Virus record (IMG/VR): IMGVR_UViG_3300037518_000144
Location: 1 to 57,756 of that record
Strand: one strand, 5' to 3'
Origin: a virus
Taxonomy: Duplodnaviria; Caudoviricetes
Length of the DNA: 57,756 nt
Shown: positions 27,813 through 37,893 of the stretch, piece by piece
Numbering within the stretch: position 1 is the stretch's first letter
How the letters are laid out: each line of letters starts with the position of its first letter
The notes under the pieces: model-generated
Seen by the model: only the letters and a program-made list of their open reading frames with translations
Databases searched by the model: none
What the model was told of the DNA's origin: nothing
Made by a program: the position numbers and the translations under genes

Positions 27813-28138
27813 GCGACCAACCGCCTGTATTCTTCTTCTGTTCTAGCGCATCTAGATTTATTGCAGTGCTCGCACGACAGGACCAAATTAGAGAGTTGGT
27901 CCGCGCCTCCCCGCGCGCGCGGCAACAAGTGGTCTATGTGATGACCGAAAATAGGCCAGTGATGGGGCTTCCCCGAGGCCAGCAAATACCAAATTACATC
28001 CGCTAATTTTCCACACCAATGGCAGCTTACTTGCGTGGTAGATCCGGGCTTGCACTCATACCTGAGCGCCAATGCACGTCGCGTCTCGTTCGGTAGATTC
28101 TTTCGGCGAAGGCGTGCCATGTCAGCCCCCCTGTCCAT
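27809..28138 (-). CDS. HNH endonuclease
   Basis: CHWCG..HIDHLLPRARGG..NLVLSCEHCN. Confidence 0.85.
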   Translation of the reverse strand: MDRGADMARLRRKNLPNETRRALALRYECKPGSTTQVSCHWCGKLADVIWYLLASGKPHHWPIFGHHIDHLLPRARGGADQLSNLVLSCEHCNKSRCARTEEEYRRLVA

Positions 28139-28270
28139 GCTCAGCGCGAGCCGGCCGGAAGTAGCAGGACATGCACACCCATAATTTCAGCGCATACGAA
28201 TAGCAAACTTCCAAGGGTTTGCCGTTGCCACCGATGGTGCGCTTACATTGCTCGCATGCGCGGTCGTAGC

Positions 28271-28813
28271 TCATTCTGGTTGCCACTCCATTGCGGCTTT
28301 TGCTTTCGCCTTGGCGATGTGCAGCCGGTCGTGGCAGTCATGGCAAAGAGCTACCAACTCAAACAGAAATTCGGCTTTCCAGTTCTCATAGGTAAGATGG
28401 TGAACTTCCGTGGCCGGCGCCTCGCCGCATCCTTCACAGATACCCTTCGCACGCTTCAGCACAAGCTCGCGCCGATGCTTCCATGCCGGTGTGCGCAGGT
28501 AGGCGTCATGCTCCTTGAAGAACTCCGCACGGTCCTCTTGCTTCGCCTGAACGTGGGCCGCATGTCTCTTGCGGTCCCATGCCTTTGCAATAGAGTCGTC
28601 CCACTTCGGAAGGCGCAGATAGTTCGGAACGGACGACTTCGGTAATGGGTTCGTTGCTGATCGTCCACACTGCAGGCACTGGTAAACAACCTGCGATGTG
28701 CCGTTCGCGATGACACGGTGACGAAGCTCCGTCTTCTCAAAGTCGCACATCTTGCATGGCGACGTTCCGGCCATCACATTCATGTAATTACCTGGGTTCA
28801 TCGTGCCAATCAT
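28271..28813 (-). CDS. HNH endonuclease-like protein
   Basis: CEGCG..VHHLTY..LCHDCH. Confidence 0.8.
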   Translation of the reverse strand: MIGTMNPGNYMNVMAGTSPCKMCDFEKTELRHRVIANGTSQVVYQCLQCGRSATNPLPKSSVPNYLRLPKWDDSIAKAWDRKRHAAHVQAKQEDRAEFFKEHDAYLRTPAWKHRRELVLKRAKGICEGCGEAPATEVHHLTYENWKAEFLFELVALCHDCHDRLHIAKAKAKAAMEWQPE

Positions 28814-28883
28814 TTGCGGTTTCCATTTACGTCGCCGGCCAGCACGAAGTCTTCGGCATCGGATTCAGCTACGGCGCCAGGGT

Positions 28884-29132
28884 TCATCCCTGCTCCATCT
28901 CTGGCTTCTCGACTGTCAGAAGTTGCGGCTGCAGCGGCTGGTTGAACGTCAGGATCTGGTGCCACAGACGACCGGTTAGCAGCACCCGAACGCGCTCTCG
29001 CCATGACAGTGACCAGCAGCAAGCGATACGTCCCTCTGCGTCGCCAAAGCGATAAGCGGGCAGCTGCCGGTACTGCGGCTGATCCTTGGCGTACACGGTC
29101 GTCTGTTCAGGGAATGGAACGATGTCCATCAC
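28884..29132 (-). CDS. Conserved phage hypothetical protein
   Basis: YAKDQPQY..LPA..CW motif. Confidence 0.6.
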   Translation of the reverse strand: MMDIVPFPEQTTVYAKDQPQYRQLPAYRFGDAEGRIACCWSLSWRERVRVLLTGRLWHQILTFNQPLQPQLLTVEKPEMEQG

Positions 29133-29344
29133 GCCGCCGCCATCTGCCGCACCCGGCGCTCACATTCCCGCTTGCCGATGTGAGGCTGGTACTTGCTGCG
29201 ATCTTCCCAGTAGACGCGACGAACGAACGATGCGCCTTGTGATTCCAACTGCTTGCGCCTGCGGTCCATCTTTCCTGCTTGAACTTCTTCAGTGCTGAAG
29301 AACTCGCGGGAAAGCTCGCCGGTGGATAACTTCATTTCTTGCAT
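29129..29344 (-). CDS. Hypothetical protein
   Basis: GGAG RBS. RSKYQPH.G.RE motif. Confidence 0.55.
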   Translation of the reverse strand: MQEMKLSTGELSREFFSTEEVQAGKMDRRRKQLESQGASFVRRVYWEDRSKYQPHIGKRECERRVRQMAAA

Positions 29345-29352
29345 GACATCTC

Positions 29353-29625
29353 CTAGCCGTTGCCGGCGCGTTCGTGTTCAGGTGCGGTGTGCGGCCCGCC
29401 CCAAGTCGGCCGAGTTCCTGTGCTCTCTTCGATGATGTCCGAGACGATGTCTCGCATCATGTGCATGAATGCCGTCTTGCGCTCTGGATTGCCAACAACG
29501 GCGCCCATGCGAATTGAGCCTAGAAAAATAGGCTCTTTCATCGAATCAGGCAGAGCGTAGTAAGCGTTCCACAATTCGCCCTCGTGACGCATCGCCAGCC
29601 GGCCAACTTGAGCTAATGGTTCCAT
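29353..29625 (-). CDS. Hypothetical protein
   Basis: Tiled ORF with RBS. Confidence 0.6.
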   Translation of the reverse strand: MEPLAQVGRLAMRHEGELWNAYYALPDSMKEPIFLGSIRMGAVVGNPERKTAFMHMMRDIVSDIIEESTGTRPTWGGPHTAPEHERAGNG

Positions 29626-30129
29626 CTATGCATCTCCGAAAAGCGCATCAGTAGCGGCTCTAGTGGTGCGCTGATCACTTACGGACCCATGGCCTGATAA
29701 GGGGCGATTGCCATGCTCATCAGCGAAGCCGCTTACATCGTGGATCGAAGGCGCAGAGCCGCTACTGGTACGCTCGGTTGTATAGAGATCGTGAAATTCA
29801 ATATCTTCCTTGAGCGGCTTCGCGCGCTTGAAAACAAGCTGATTGCGCGATTCGGCCATGACGTGATCGACTTCCATGGAAACGAGCCGATAACCTAGAA
29901 TGAGAAGCCGGCAGTACTCAGTCGGCGTGAACCACTTACGGACTTGTTCGATTGAGTTGCCGCCGGCTCCATAGTGCATGTCTTCGTTCATGCGCTTGTG
30001 CAGCCCTGGAAACTCCTCCATCCATGTGCGAGGCGGCGGCAGGCCGAAGCTGTCGCACCAGACGTGACTGAATCCGGGCTTGTAAGGGCCACGACCATCA
30101 GCGTCTTGAATGCGGTAGATGCGCTTCAT
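29626..30129 (-). CDS. Hypothetical protein
   Basis: IYRIQDADGRGPY motif. Tiled. Confidence 0.55.
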   Translation of the reverse strand: MKRIYRIQDADGRGPYKPGFSHVWCDSFGLPPPRTWMEEFPGLHKRMNEDMHYGAGGNSIEQVRKWFTPTEYCRLLILGYRLVSMEVDHVMAESRNQLVFKRAKPLKEDIEFHDLYTTERTSSGSAPSIHDVSGFADEHGNRPLSGHGSVSDQRTTRAATDALFGDA

Positions 30130-30338
30130 CCAAGCTCCCTGCGCTGCACTCGCTCAAACGTTCCCGGCGAAATCTCAACCCATGCCCAGTTCTTCCGTTG
30201 CTTTCCGTCGGGGCAGAACTCGCGACAGCATGAGCTGCAGAAATGCATAGGCGATCCAGGCGGACTGCGCCACGAACCGCCTTTGTAGAAAATCGGCTTG
30301 CTGCCACAGCAACGGCCTTTGCTATCGAGCGCGCTCAT
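30126..30338 (-). CDS. Small Cys-rich protein
   Basis: CCG..CSSC, ATGA-coupled. Confidence 0.5.
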   Translation of the reverse strand: MSALDSKGRCCGSKPIFYKGGSWRSPPGSPMHFCSSCCREFCPDGKQRKNWAWVEISPGTFERVQRRELG

Positions 30339-30423
30339 CCCAGCTCCGGAACAAACAATTTCGCCGCGAATTCCCCTTCCGGCATGATTCCGCCTGTGGA
30401 TTGAGCGGGGCGAAAAAGAGGGG

Positions 30424-30870
30424 TCATCGCATGTTCTCCTTCACGAACCGCGCGATAACTTCTTTGTCGTGACGCTCTTGCGCCAGCTGTGTTTCAAGCT
30501 CTGCGATGCGTCGATCCTTGTCGTCGCGCAGCCGTGGCAAGTTGCGGATATCGATGCCGTCCTGATGCGCCAGCCACAGCAACGGCGCATTGTTTCCCGT
30601 GGTCTGGCGCAGCTTGTAGATGTCATCGGCGGGAAAACTCATGCCGCCGTTATCGATGCGCGACCAGATGGCTTTGTCCATCTCCAAAGGCTCGTAGACC
30701 TGTTTCGGCTCAAGATCCGCGAGAGAAATCGAATATCGAACCGCGCGGCGAAAGTTGGGTAGAGCCTTCAGGTACTCAACGTCTGGCACTGCGGATTCCT
30801 TTCGCGAAGGCAGCAACGTGAGCTGCCGATCATCGGCAGTAGAAATTGATGACTGACGTTGACTGACCAT
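30424..30870 (-). CDS. CII-like HTH regulator
   Basis: HTH-like region plus TGNNAPLLWLA and a coiled coil. Downstream of cro. Confidence 0.6.
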   Translation of the reverse strand: MVSQRQSSISTADDRQLTLLPSRKESAVPDVEYLKALPNFRRAVRYSISLADLEPKQVYEPLEMDKAIWSRIDNGGMSFPADDIYKLRQTTGNNAPLLWLAHQDGIDIRNLPRLRDDKDRRIAELETQLAQERHDKEVIARFVKENMR

Positions 30871-31130
30871 TAGCTAGGCAAAAAAAGGCACAGGTGTGAT
30901 TCTGCTGACACGCGAACCGCGCGAATCACTGAGAAAAACGAAGCATGGCAACGGCAAATCCCTCGATCCCTGTGAGGGAAAATTCAATTCCGCACGGCCC
31001 CTACGCAGATGTACGCAGTTGTCTTGAAACACTGGTGTCATGGGAATACCCTCCTAGACCCACCAGCAAAACCAGTACGCGCGCGTGTTTGCGTCTGCGA
31101 TGCTGGCCGAAGGGATACGCTCATGAGTGC

Positions 31131-31418
31131 TCAGGCTCGCGCCGCAGTGCGCTTACGACTTGTGGCTGTCGATGGCGTGAAGCTCTCCAAGGGATACAGA
31201 TCAGGCCGCAAGCGATGGCGAGAAACGCCCGTAGCGGCCTCTACCGCGAGCACTCGCTCAGCCGGAACGACACCGCGAGAGATCCAGCTCGATACCGTGC
31301 TCTGTGCCCCAAGTTCGAGAAGGCGAGCCAAGGCGGTTTGCCCACCTACTGCGGCGCAAGCGTCGAGTAGTGCGGCCAGTGGTTCGTCATCGGATTCGCA
31401 AACGGCTTCTTTGCTCAT
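31131..31418 (-). CDS. cro: Cro/YdaS-like repressor
   Basis: GGQTALARLL..VSSW..VPAERV..SRHRLRPDLY. Divergent from cI. Confidence 0.85.
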   Translation of the reverse strand: MSKEAVCESDDEPLAALLDACAAVGGQTALARLLELGAQSTVSSWISRGVVPAERVLAVEAATGVSRHRLRPDLYPLESFTPSTATSRKRTAARA

Positions 31419-31491
31419 GAACTCGATTAACGCACAAACGGTTGATTGCGTCAACGCCAATTCCGGTACTCCACGGCCGGACAATGGCTGC

Positions 31492-31890
31492 ATGAGCAAG
31501 ACCGCCATATTTGCCCCGTCTGCTTTTTGGAAACGCTTGGCTGAGGCGCTAGGCGAGAAATGGCACCCATTGAATTCCAACAGCCTGGCGACTCGGCTGG
31601 GCATGAGCCAAGGGTCAGTGCACCGCTGGTATCGAGGGAGCGGGTTGCCGGAATTGCAAACGGCGCTCTATCTATCCAAGGAAGGCGGGGTATGTGTTGA
31701 CTGGCTTTTGAACGCGGTTAAGCCAAAACACCCTATTTCAAAAGACCCCGTACTCAGAGAGTTGCTAGAGATATGCGAGGATCTTGGCGAAGAAGGCCGC
31801 TGGGCTGTCCTGCGCGCTGCCAAGGGTGAGTTGCTCCAGAAACAGGCCACCGATGAGGCTGACTCGCACTCACGCCCCAAACGCGCCTAA
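31492..31890 (+). CDS. CI-like XRE repressor without a peptidase domain
   Basis: LATRLGMSQGSVHRWYRG..P..VCVDWLL. Confidence 0.8.
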   Translation: MSKTAIFAPSAFWKRLAEALGEKWHPLNSNSLATRLGMSQGSVHRWYRGSGLPELQTALYLSKEGGVCVDWLLNAVKPKHPISKDPVLRELLEICEDLGEEGRWAVLRAAKGELLQKQATDEADSHSRPKRA

Positions 31891-31914
31891 ATCATCCCCT
31901 AAGTGAAACCAAAG

Positions 31915-31937
31915 ACCGGCCCAGTGCCGGTTTTTTT
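31915..31937 (+). terminator. Intrinsic terminator after cI
   Basis: ACCGGC-CCAGT-GCCGGT followed by a T run. Confidence 0.75.
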
Positions 31938-32550
31938 GTGCCCCAAAATAATTAACGCACAAACCGTTGACAGTTACCGCACGAACCGTTAATGTCCACT
32001 CCACGGTAGCGAAACGGGAGCGGGACATGAAAGACGCAATGACGGAAATGACCAAGCACTTCGGCACGACCTCGATTGAGGTTGGCTTTTGCGGTCACTC
32101 GATCATAGGTGGATTCATTGTCGAGACGGTCCGCGTCGGCGGCGAGTACTTCGACGTTTGGTTCAGCGCCGATTACAGCATCGACCATGTCAACCGCGAC
32201 GGAGGCTGAGCAGATCCATGCTCGCCTCAACGAACTGGAGCAGCAGCGGAATGCGAACTACTGGCGGTGCCACATGCAAGGGTCAATGGCCGGGTACGCG
32301 CCGCTGCCTCGTTCCTTCTACGAAGAAAGGGCGAGCCTTGAACAGCGACTTCGTGAACTAACACGGGAGCGGGACAAGTGGACAAGCAAACATTCGAGAT
32401 GAACGGCAGGGCATACCAGACCGACGCGGCGACTCTCGAAATGATTCGCGGCCTTGTTCGTGACGCGCGGATGAGCGGTGATACGTCGGCTGTTGAATTC
32501 GCGGTGACGCTCGGCCAGATGGGCGGCGGCATAGTCCTTCTGGGTGCGGC

Positions 32551-32736
32551 ATGAGCGCAGAGAAACTCAAGAAGTACGAAACGGCTCTGCGAATCATAGC
32601 GGGTGAGCTTCAGTGCGATTCGCTCATGAGCAATCAAGACGTGGCGCGGGAAGCGCTGAAGTCGCTGCCGACCGAAAACACCGAATGCAATCCCGCGCGC
32701 CGCATCGACGGCAGCATTGATCCGTACCTCGCATAG
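32551..32736 (+). CDS. Hypothetical protein
   Basis: Early operon, ATGA-coupled. Confidence 0.5.
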   Translation: MSAEKLKKYETALRIIAGELQCDSLMSNQDVAREALKSLPTENTECNPARRIDGSIDPYLA

Positions 32737-32744
32737 ATCGAGCG

Positions 32745-33167
32745 ATGAGCATGAACACAAAAAGCGTTGCGACATTTCGCCCTGCATACGCAGACGCGGT
32801 AAAGATTATGCGTGGACCGATCATCAGCCAGCGCGTTGAGCTGCAGGTTCCAGGGTGGCAGATAACAACACCAACGGGCGAAGTTTTGCCGCCCATGCAA
32901 AAACACGAAGCGCGCGCTTATGCCCGCAAGCACGGTTGGAAGGTGAGAGTTCCACTACTGCTCTATGTCTATGAATTCGCGGACGGCGACAGTCCCAGTG
33001 GCAGAGTGAGGCAGTTTTTTACATCCGCGCGCGACGCGGAGGCGGCAAGGGATCGTCTTGAGGTTGATCCGCCCAATGGGTACGCGTTTCGCAAAATCGC
33101 GAAAGTAGAAGTGCCAACCGCACCGGCTGCGCTGGCGCGCTTTCTTACAGCTGAATGGAGCTACTGA
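32745..33167 (+). CDS. Hypothetical protein
   Basis: Early operon ORF. Confidence 0.5.
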   Translation: MSMNTKSVATFRPAYADAVKIMRGPIISQRVELQVPGWQITTPTGEVLPPMQKHEARAYARKHGWKVRVPLLLYVYEFADGDSPSGRVRQFFTSARDAEAARDRLEVDPPNGYAFRKIAKVEVPTAPAALARFLTAEWSY

Positions 33168-33184
33168 CCCGGAGCGAGAGCGAT

Positions 33185-33649
33185 ATGCGTGGATTCTCTG
33201 CAATTGGATTGGTCAACCCGAAGAACGGGATGAACGTCGGGAGCGCCCTGCGCGCTGCCGGATGCTATGACGCCTCGCTTGTCGTTATCGCTGGCGACAG
33301 GCCAGAGCGCTACATGGGTCGCATTCCGACTGACACGCAGAAGGCATATCGCAGCATCCCAACTTTGCGAGTGTCAGACGTGTTCGACGCATGCCCCTAC
33401 GACTGCGTGCCGGTCGCTGTGGATTTGGTGCCGAACGCACGCAACCTCGTGGACTTCACGCATCCGGAGCGAGCCTTCTACATCTTCGGACCAGAGGACG
33501 GAACGCTAGGCCGAGCAATCACCGATCGCTGCAAGCACTCGGTCATGGTGCCTACGTCCTTCTGCATGAATCTGGCCGCGACGGTCAACGTCGTCCTTTA
33601 TGACCGACTGGCGAAACAGCTGCGCAGCCGCGTTGCTGTGGCCGCGTAG
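33185..33649 (+). CDS. SpoU/TrmH-family (SPOUT) RNA 2'-O-methyltransferase
   Basis: PKNGMNVGSALRAA, YIFGPEDG and CMNLAATVNVVLYDR SPOUT motifs. Confidence 0.88.
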   Translation: MRGFSAIGLVNPKNGMNVGSALRAAGCYDASLVVIAGDRPERYMGRIPTDTQKAYRSIPTLRVSDVFDACPYDCVPVAVDLVPNARNLVDFTHPERAFYIFGPEDGTLGRAITDRCKHSVMVPTSFCMNLAATVNVVLYDRLAKQLRSRVAVAA

Positions 33650-34046
33650 CACTCACACGAACAACTTGGAGCATTAGAGAACGACATGAATGAAGCAAAC
33701 AAGACGAAGCGCGGCACTCCCCTCGTTTTAACTGGACGAGTCAAGACGGTCGGCAATGACGTTTACCGCGAGGCGCAGATGCTGCCAGTTCATCCGCAGC
33801 GCTTGGAATGGGTGAACGAGAAGAATCTCCGCAAAGACTGAGCCGCTCTGGAGTAATACGAGTGACGCACTACCAAAACGATTCCGCCTCTGGCGACTGG
33901 CTACGCGAGTACGCCGCCATCCGCGACGAAGACACCCGCCCCTATCTGCAATGGGCTGGCGGCAGGAACGTGACGGTGTGCGTCGGTACAGTCCCAGTTG
34001 TGACAACGACCTATCAACGCGCACGTGAACTGATTGAGGTGCAAGC

Positions 34047-34304
34047 ATGAGTGATAAATTCAAGGTCGAGGTTCATTCGTTTGATCGGCTCACGACAGCC
34101 GAGGCTGAAGCCGCTTCTGACAACGGTTGCGGCAAGGAGTACGCGACCTACATCCGCGTGACACACAACGGCGAAACGCTTTTCCTTGAGTCGGATGCGT
34201 GCGAACCAGAAGACAAGACTTTCGGGCGGGATCTTAATTGGATCGTCTCTGCACTTCTCCTCGCTTACAAACTTGGCCGGCGCGACGCGGGCGCGAAAGT
34301 ATGA
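34047..34304 (+). CDS. Hypothetical protein
   Basis: GAGG RBS. EPEDKTFGRDL motif. Confidence 0.55.
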   Translation: MSDKFKVEVHSFDRLTTAEAEAASDNGCGKEYATYIRVTHNGETLFLESDACEPEDKTFGRDLNWIVSALLLAYKLGRRDAGAKV

Positions 34305-34597
34305 GCGCAGCAGAAAAAGTGCTCGAACAGATGCGCGCGGAGAAGGCCGCGAACGTCGCCACGATTCGCAACTACGCTTTCGGCTGGAAAGACGGCATGC
34401 CAGCGCACGAGAAGGATTTGCGCGTGCATTACCACCTGGATAGGGGGCGTGCTTATGCATATCTAATCGAGTGTGACAACGGCAGGAGCAAGCCGTGCTT
34501 TGAGAAAGTGGTACTGCCAGAGTGCGTGATTGAAGACGTTGAGCGCGAAGTCAATCAGGAAATCCGTGACCGCAATTCAGTGGGAGATGAGGAATGA
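34301..34597 (+). CDS. Hypothetical protein
   Basis: ATGA-coupled. Confidence 0.5.
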   Translation: MSAAEKVLEQMRAEKAANVATIRNYAFGWKDGMPAHEKDLRVHYHLDRGRAYAYLIECDNGRSKPCFEKVVLPECVIEDVEREVNQEIRDRNSVGDEE

Positions 34598-34878
34598 ACC
34601 GCGACTATCTTTACACCCGCGACATGATCGACTCAGGCCGCACAGCAGAGCTTACTGCCGGTGAGCGTATGAGGGAGGCGGCGGACTTGGCGAGGACGGA
34701 GGCGAAGGAGAGCGCCAGCGACGTGCTGGTAGGAATCAGCAAACATCTCGGCCACACGATCGCAATTCGTCAAGTGATCACCGAAATAAAAAAGCTTGCC
34801 GACCAGCCGGGGCGCACGGACGAACACCGACTGCTGCTCAGCGTGCTGCTGGAGCGGATAAAGGGGCTGCAGCCGTGA
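34594..34878 (+). CDS. Hypothetical protein
   Basis: ATGA-coupled. Confidence 0.5.
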   Translation: MNRDYLYTRDMIDSGRTAELTAGERMREAADLARTEAKESASDVLVGISKHLGHTIAIRQVITEIKKLADQPGRTDEHRLLLSVLLERIKGLQP

Positions 34879-35050
34879 GCGTGTTCAGGAAAAAGGCGGA
34901 TATGTTCGTAGCGTACCCAAAGCGCGTGCTGGCTTTCTACACTGATTTGACGATGCCGAAAATTGACGTGCGCAAGTACGACGAGCCGACGTGTATGCGT
35001 CGCGCGAATGTGGCAAAGATTCGAATTGAAAGAGCAAAGAGGCAAAGAGC

Positions 35051-35806
35051 ATGAACGCAGTTGTGGAAAGAGTTAACGAGCCGCAGACGACTGCCGTAGT
35101 CGCCGCTATGACACCGATGCAGATGCTGCAGATGGCCATCCAGCAGAACGTCGATATGGCGCGGCTGGAAAAGCTGATGGACCTTGAGGAACGTTGGCGC
35201 AAGGCCGAAGCAAAGCGTGCATATGTTGCTGCATTCACCAAGTTCAAAAAGAACATGCCGGATGTCGTAAAGGATCTGCTCAACAAGCAATACGGGTCCG
35301 ACTATTCGTCACTGGCAAATCTGGTGAACACGACGAATCGCGCACTTGGCGAATATGACCTGAATGCCAACTGGCGACCGGACCAGTCTGCCGATGGTAT
35401 CCGGGTCACTTGCGTCATGACCCACGTAGACGGGCACAGCGAGGAAGTAACACTGATCGGCCCGCCAGATACTTCTGGCACTAAAAACCCGCTGCAGGGG
35501 ATCAAGTCAACGCTGACTTACCTAGAAGGCGCGACGTTCCAAGCGATCACTGGTGTCGTGGCCCGTTCCAAAGTGTTGAACCCGGATGACGACGGCAATG
35601 GCGCGGGCAAGAAGACTGTCGAGATGCCCGAGGGGTACGAGAAATGGAATGCGGACATGACAGCTCTTGCTGAGGAAGGAACAGATAAATTGCAGGCAGC
35701 GTGGAGCAAGTCATCAGATGAGTTCCGCCGCTATGTCGTAAAACACGACGAGCTTTGGTGGAGCGCCACGAAGCGGAAGGCAGCTAAGGTCAAGGTGCAG
35801 GAATGA
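35051..35806 (+). CDS. erf: ERF-family single-strand annealing protein
   Basis: LEKLMDL, HVDGHSE, Q.IKSTLTY, DDDG. Confidence 0.85.
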   Translation: MNAVVERVNEPQTTAVVAAMTPMQMLQMAIQQNVDMARLEKLMDLEERWRKAEAKRAYVAAFTKFKKNMPDVVKDLLNKQYGSDYSSLANLVNTTNRALGEYDLNANWRPDQSADGIRVTCVMTHVDGHSEEVTLIGPPDTSGTKNPLQGIKSTLTYLEGATFQAITGVVARSKVLNPDDDGNGAGKKTVEMPEGYEKWNADMTALAEEGTDKLQAAWSKSSDEFRRYVVKHDELWWSATKRKAAKVKVQE

Positions 35807-36450
35807 GCCGATTCACCGTCATTGAATGCGAGCAGCGCTCCGAGCTTTGGTATCAGTCCAGGGCTGGCCGACTTACCGGATCAGCTGCTGCCGACATGGT
35901 GCGCACCATCAAGTCAGGCGCACCATCGGCATCGCGCAAGCACCTGCTAATGCGCTTAGCGCTGGAGCGTATCACTGGGCGTCCACAAGAGCGCGCGTTC
36001 ACGACCGCCGCCGTACAGAACGGCATGGATAAAGAGCCGGACGCGCTCGCCAGGTACGAAGCTGAGACAGGATCAATTCTTGAGCCGGTAGGCTTTCTGT
36101 CGATGGGCGCGGTGATGGCTGGCTGTTCACTCGATTCATTCGTCAGTGGACGCATGGGCATCGTTGAAAGCAAATGCCCAGAGTCTGCCACACACTATGA
36201 GTACCTGAAGACGAAGCAAATTCCAACCGACTACCGCTGGCAATGCATTCATAACCTTTGGGTCAGCGGCGCTCAGTACTGCGACTTCATCAGCTTCGAC
36301 GGGCGCTTCCCGGAGGATCTGCAGTATCTGTGTGTGAGATTGGAACGTAGTGAGATAGAAATCAGCAATTACGAGTCTGCGGCCATGCGCTTCCTCGCTG
36401 AAGTCGCCGTAGAAGTCACCGAAATCAACAAGATGAGAGTAGCCGCATGA
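35803..36450 (+). CDS. YqaJ/lambda-exonuclease family protein
   Basis: QRSELWYQSRAGRLTGS, GCSLD, ESKCP, YRWQC, CDFISF. Confidence 0.9.
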   Translation: MSRFTVIECEQRSELWYQSRAGRLTGSAAADMVRTIKSGAPSASRKHLLMRLALERITGRPQERAFTTAAVQNGMDKEPDALARYEAETGSILEPVGFLSMGAVMAGCSLDSFVSGRMGIVESKCPESATHYEYLKTKQIPTDYRWQCIHNLWVSGAQYCDFISFDGRFPEDLQYLCVRLERSEIEISNYESAAMRFLAEVAVEVTEINKMRVAA

Positions 36451-37313
36451 GCACTGCAATCGTTGAGGTTCAAACAGCCGTTGCCGAATTCGACAAGGTC
36501 GCCGCTGGTATTGCCGTACTGAAAGAAAAATATGGCAGCGTCGTCTATGACGTAGGAATCAGCAAGGGTATGGAGGCGGCAAAGGAAGCTCGCGCCGCGA
36601 TCCGTGAGCCTCGCTATGAAATCGAGCGCGTCCGAAAGGATGCCAAGGCACCCATCCTGAAGCTCGGCAAAGAACTGGACGGCCGCGCGAAGCAGATCAC
36701 CGATGAGTTGCTTGCAATCGAATCGCCCATAGACGAGCAAATCAAGAGTGAGGAAGCCAGAAAGGAGCGGGAGAAGCAGGCGAAAATCGAAGCCGAACTG
36801 AAGCGCGTTGCTGACCTGCAAGAGCGAGTTGCCGAGTTACGCGGTAACAAAATGCTGTCCTCGCTTTCCCCACCGGAACTGATTGCCGAGCACATCAGCG
36901 ACCTGGAGCGCCTTGAGGTAGATGGCTCATTCCAGGAATACGAACAGCAGGCAATAGAGGCTAAGGCATCGGGTCTTAGCCGCCTGCGGGATATGCATGC
37001 CGCCGCCGTGGCCCGCGTTGCAGAGCAGGAGCGCATCAAGGCCGAACGCGCTGAACTTGAGAAGCTTCGCGCGGAGCAGAAGAAACGCGATGCCGAGGAC
37101 GCACGCCTAGCTAACGAACGCGCCGAGCTTGAGCGCCGTCAAGCAGCGTTGGCGGAAGCCAGCAAGCCGAAGCCGAGGAAGTCAAAGGCTACGCGGCCAA
37201 CAGATCAGGAAATCATCGCAGTGCTGGCGCTGCACTACCGAGTTCACGAAAGCAAAGTCGTTGAATGGCTTTTGTCTGTTGATCTCAACAACCCGGAGCT
37301 ATCAGCTGCATGA
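36447..37313 (+). CDS. Coiled-coil phage protein
   Basis: Long heptad E/K/R-rich sequence in the recombination module. Confidence 0.6.
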   Translation: MSTAIVEVQTAVAEFDKVAAGIAVLKEKYGSVVYDVGISKGMEAAKEARAAIREPRYEIERVRKDAKAPILKLGKELDGRAKQITDELLAIESPIDEQIKSEEARKEREKQAKIEAELKRVADLQERVAELRGNKMLSSLSPPELIAEHISDLERLEVDGSFQEYEQQAIEAKASGLSRLRDMHAAAVARVAEQERIKAERAELEKLRAEQKKRDAEDARLANERAELERRQAALAEASKPKPRKSKATRPTDQEIIAVLALHYRVHESKVVEWLLSVDLNNPELSAA

Positions 37314-37564
37314 GCACTACCAAGAAATTTGATGTCGTCTATGCGCAGCCGACGAAAGATCCGCAGAAGCCAAAGTGGATTAACTGCGGCGTGATTCTCG
37401 ACACCGATAAAGGCTTTCGCCTGAAGCTCGACACCATACCTATCGGCTGCAATGGATGGTTTGCGCTGTTCGATCCGAAGCCGAAAGAGCAGGCGCCGCC
37501 CCCTCCTCCGCCTAAGCCCGCGCCGGTGGATAACGGCGGCTTTGATGACGACATCCCTTTTTGA
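37310..37564 (+). CDS. Small SSB-like protein
   Basis: C-terminal acidic DDDIPF tail. Confidence 0.6.
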   Translation: MSTTKKFDVVYAQPTKDPQKPKWINCGVILDTDKGFRLKLDTIPIGCNGWFALFDPKPKEQAPPPPPPKPAPVDNGGFDDDIPF

Positions 37565-37566
37565 CC

Positions 37567-37893
37567 ATGAAAGGCGCAATCACTCAGGAGCGGATGGAGG
37601 AAGCCATTGCGTTCCTATCTGACACAGACGAGCCGTGCGCCGGCCTGCGCGCAGATATGGAGCGTGCCGAGTGGAAGGCGAAGCGGACAAAGCAGGCGAT
37701 ATTCATGATCGCAGACGGATCAGTAGCAGAGCGAAACGCGATTGCAGATACGTCAGCGGATACCGAGGCGGCATACGAGGCGTACTTCACGAAGATGCGC
37801 GAGTTCGATGCGATGAAGAACAAACGAGGCACCGAGGCAATCGTGTTTGAGGCATGGCGAAGTCTGAACAGCAACCGGAGGCAGGCCCGGTGA
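37567..37893 (+). CDS. Hypothetical protein
   Basis: GSVAER..EAWRSLNSN motif. Confidence 0.55.
   Translation: MKGAITQERMEEAIAFLSDTDEPCAGLRADMERAEWKAKRTKQAIFMIADGSVAERNAIADTSADTEAAYEAYFTKMREFDAMKNKRGTEAIVFEAWRSLNSNRRQAR

Larger units (their letters stand above)
31426..31993. promoter_or_regulatory. Operators and pR/pL-like promoters flanking cI
   Basis: ATTAACGCACAAAC(G/C)GTTGA at 31426 and 31951 (19/20 identical), with a related copy at 31973. TTGACA-17-TAATGT on plus and TTGACG-17-GTTAAT on minus. Confidence 0.7.

Noticed and set aside
29626-30129. Possible ADP-ribosyltransferase-like fold
   Set aside because: Only a weak YR..S pattern, which cannot be supported without a structure search.
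31009-31604. Long 293-aa cI and 157-aa cro ORFs from the track
   Set aside because: The extensions overlap each other and the operator. The shorter starts at 31492 and 31418 fit better.
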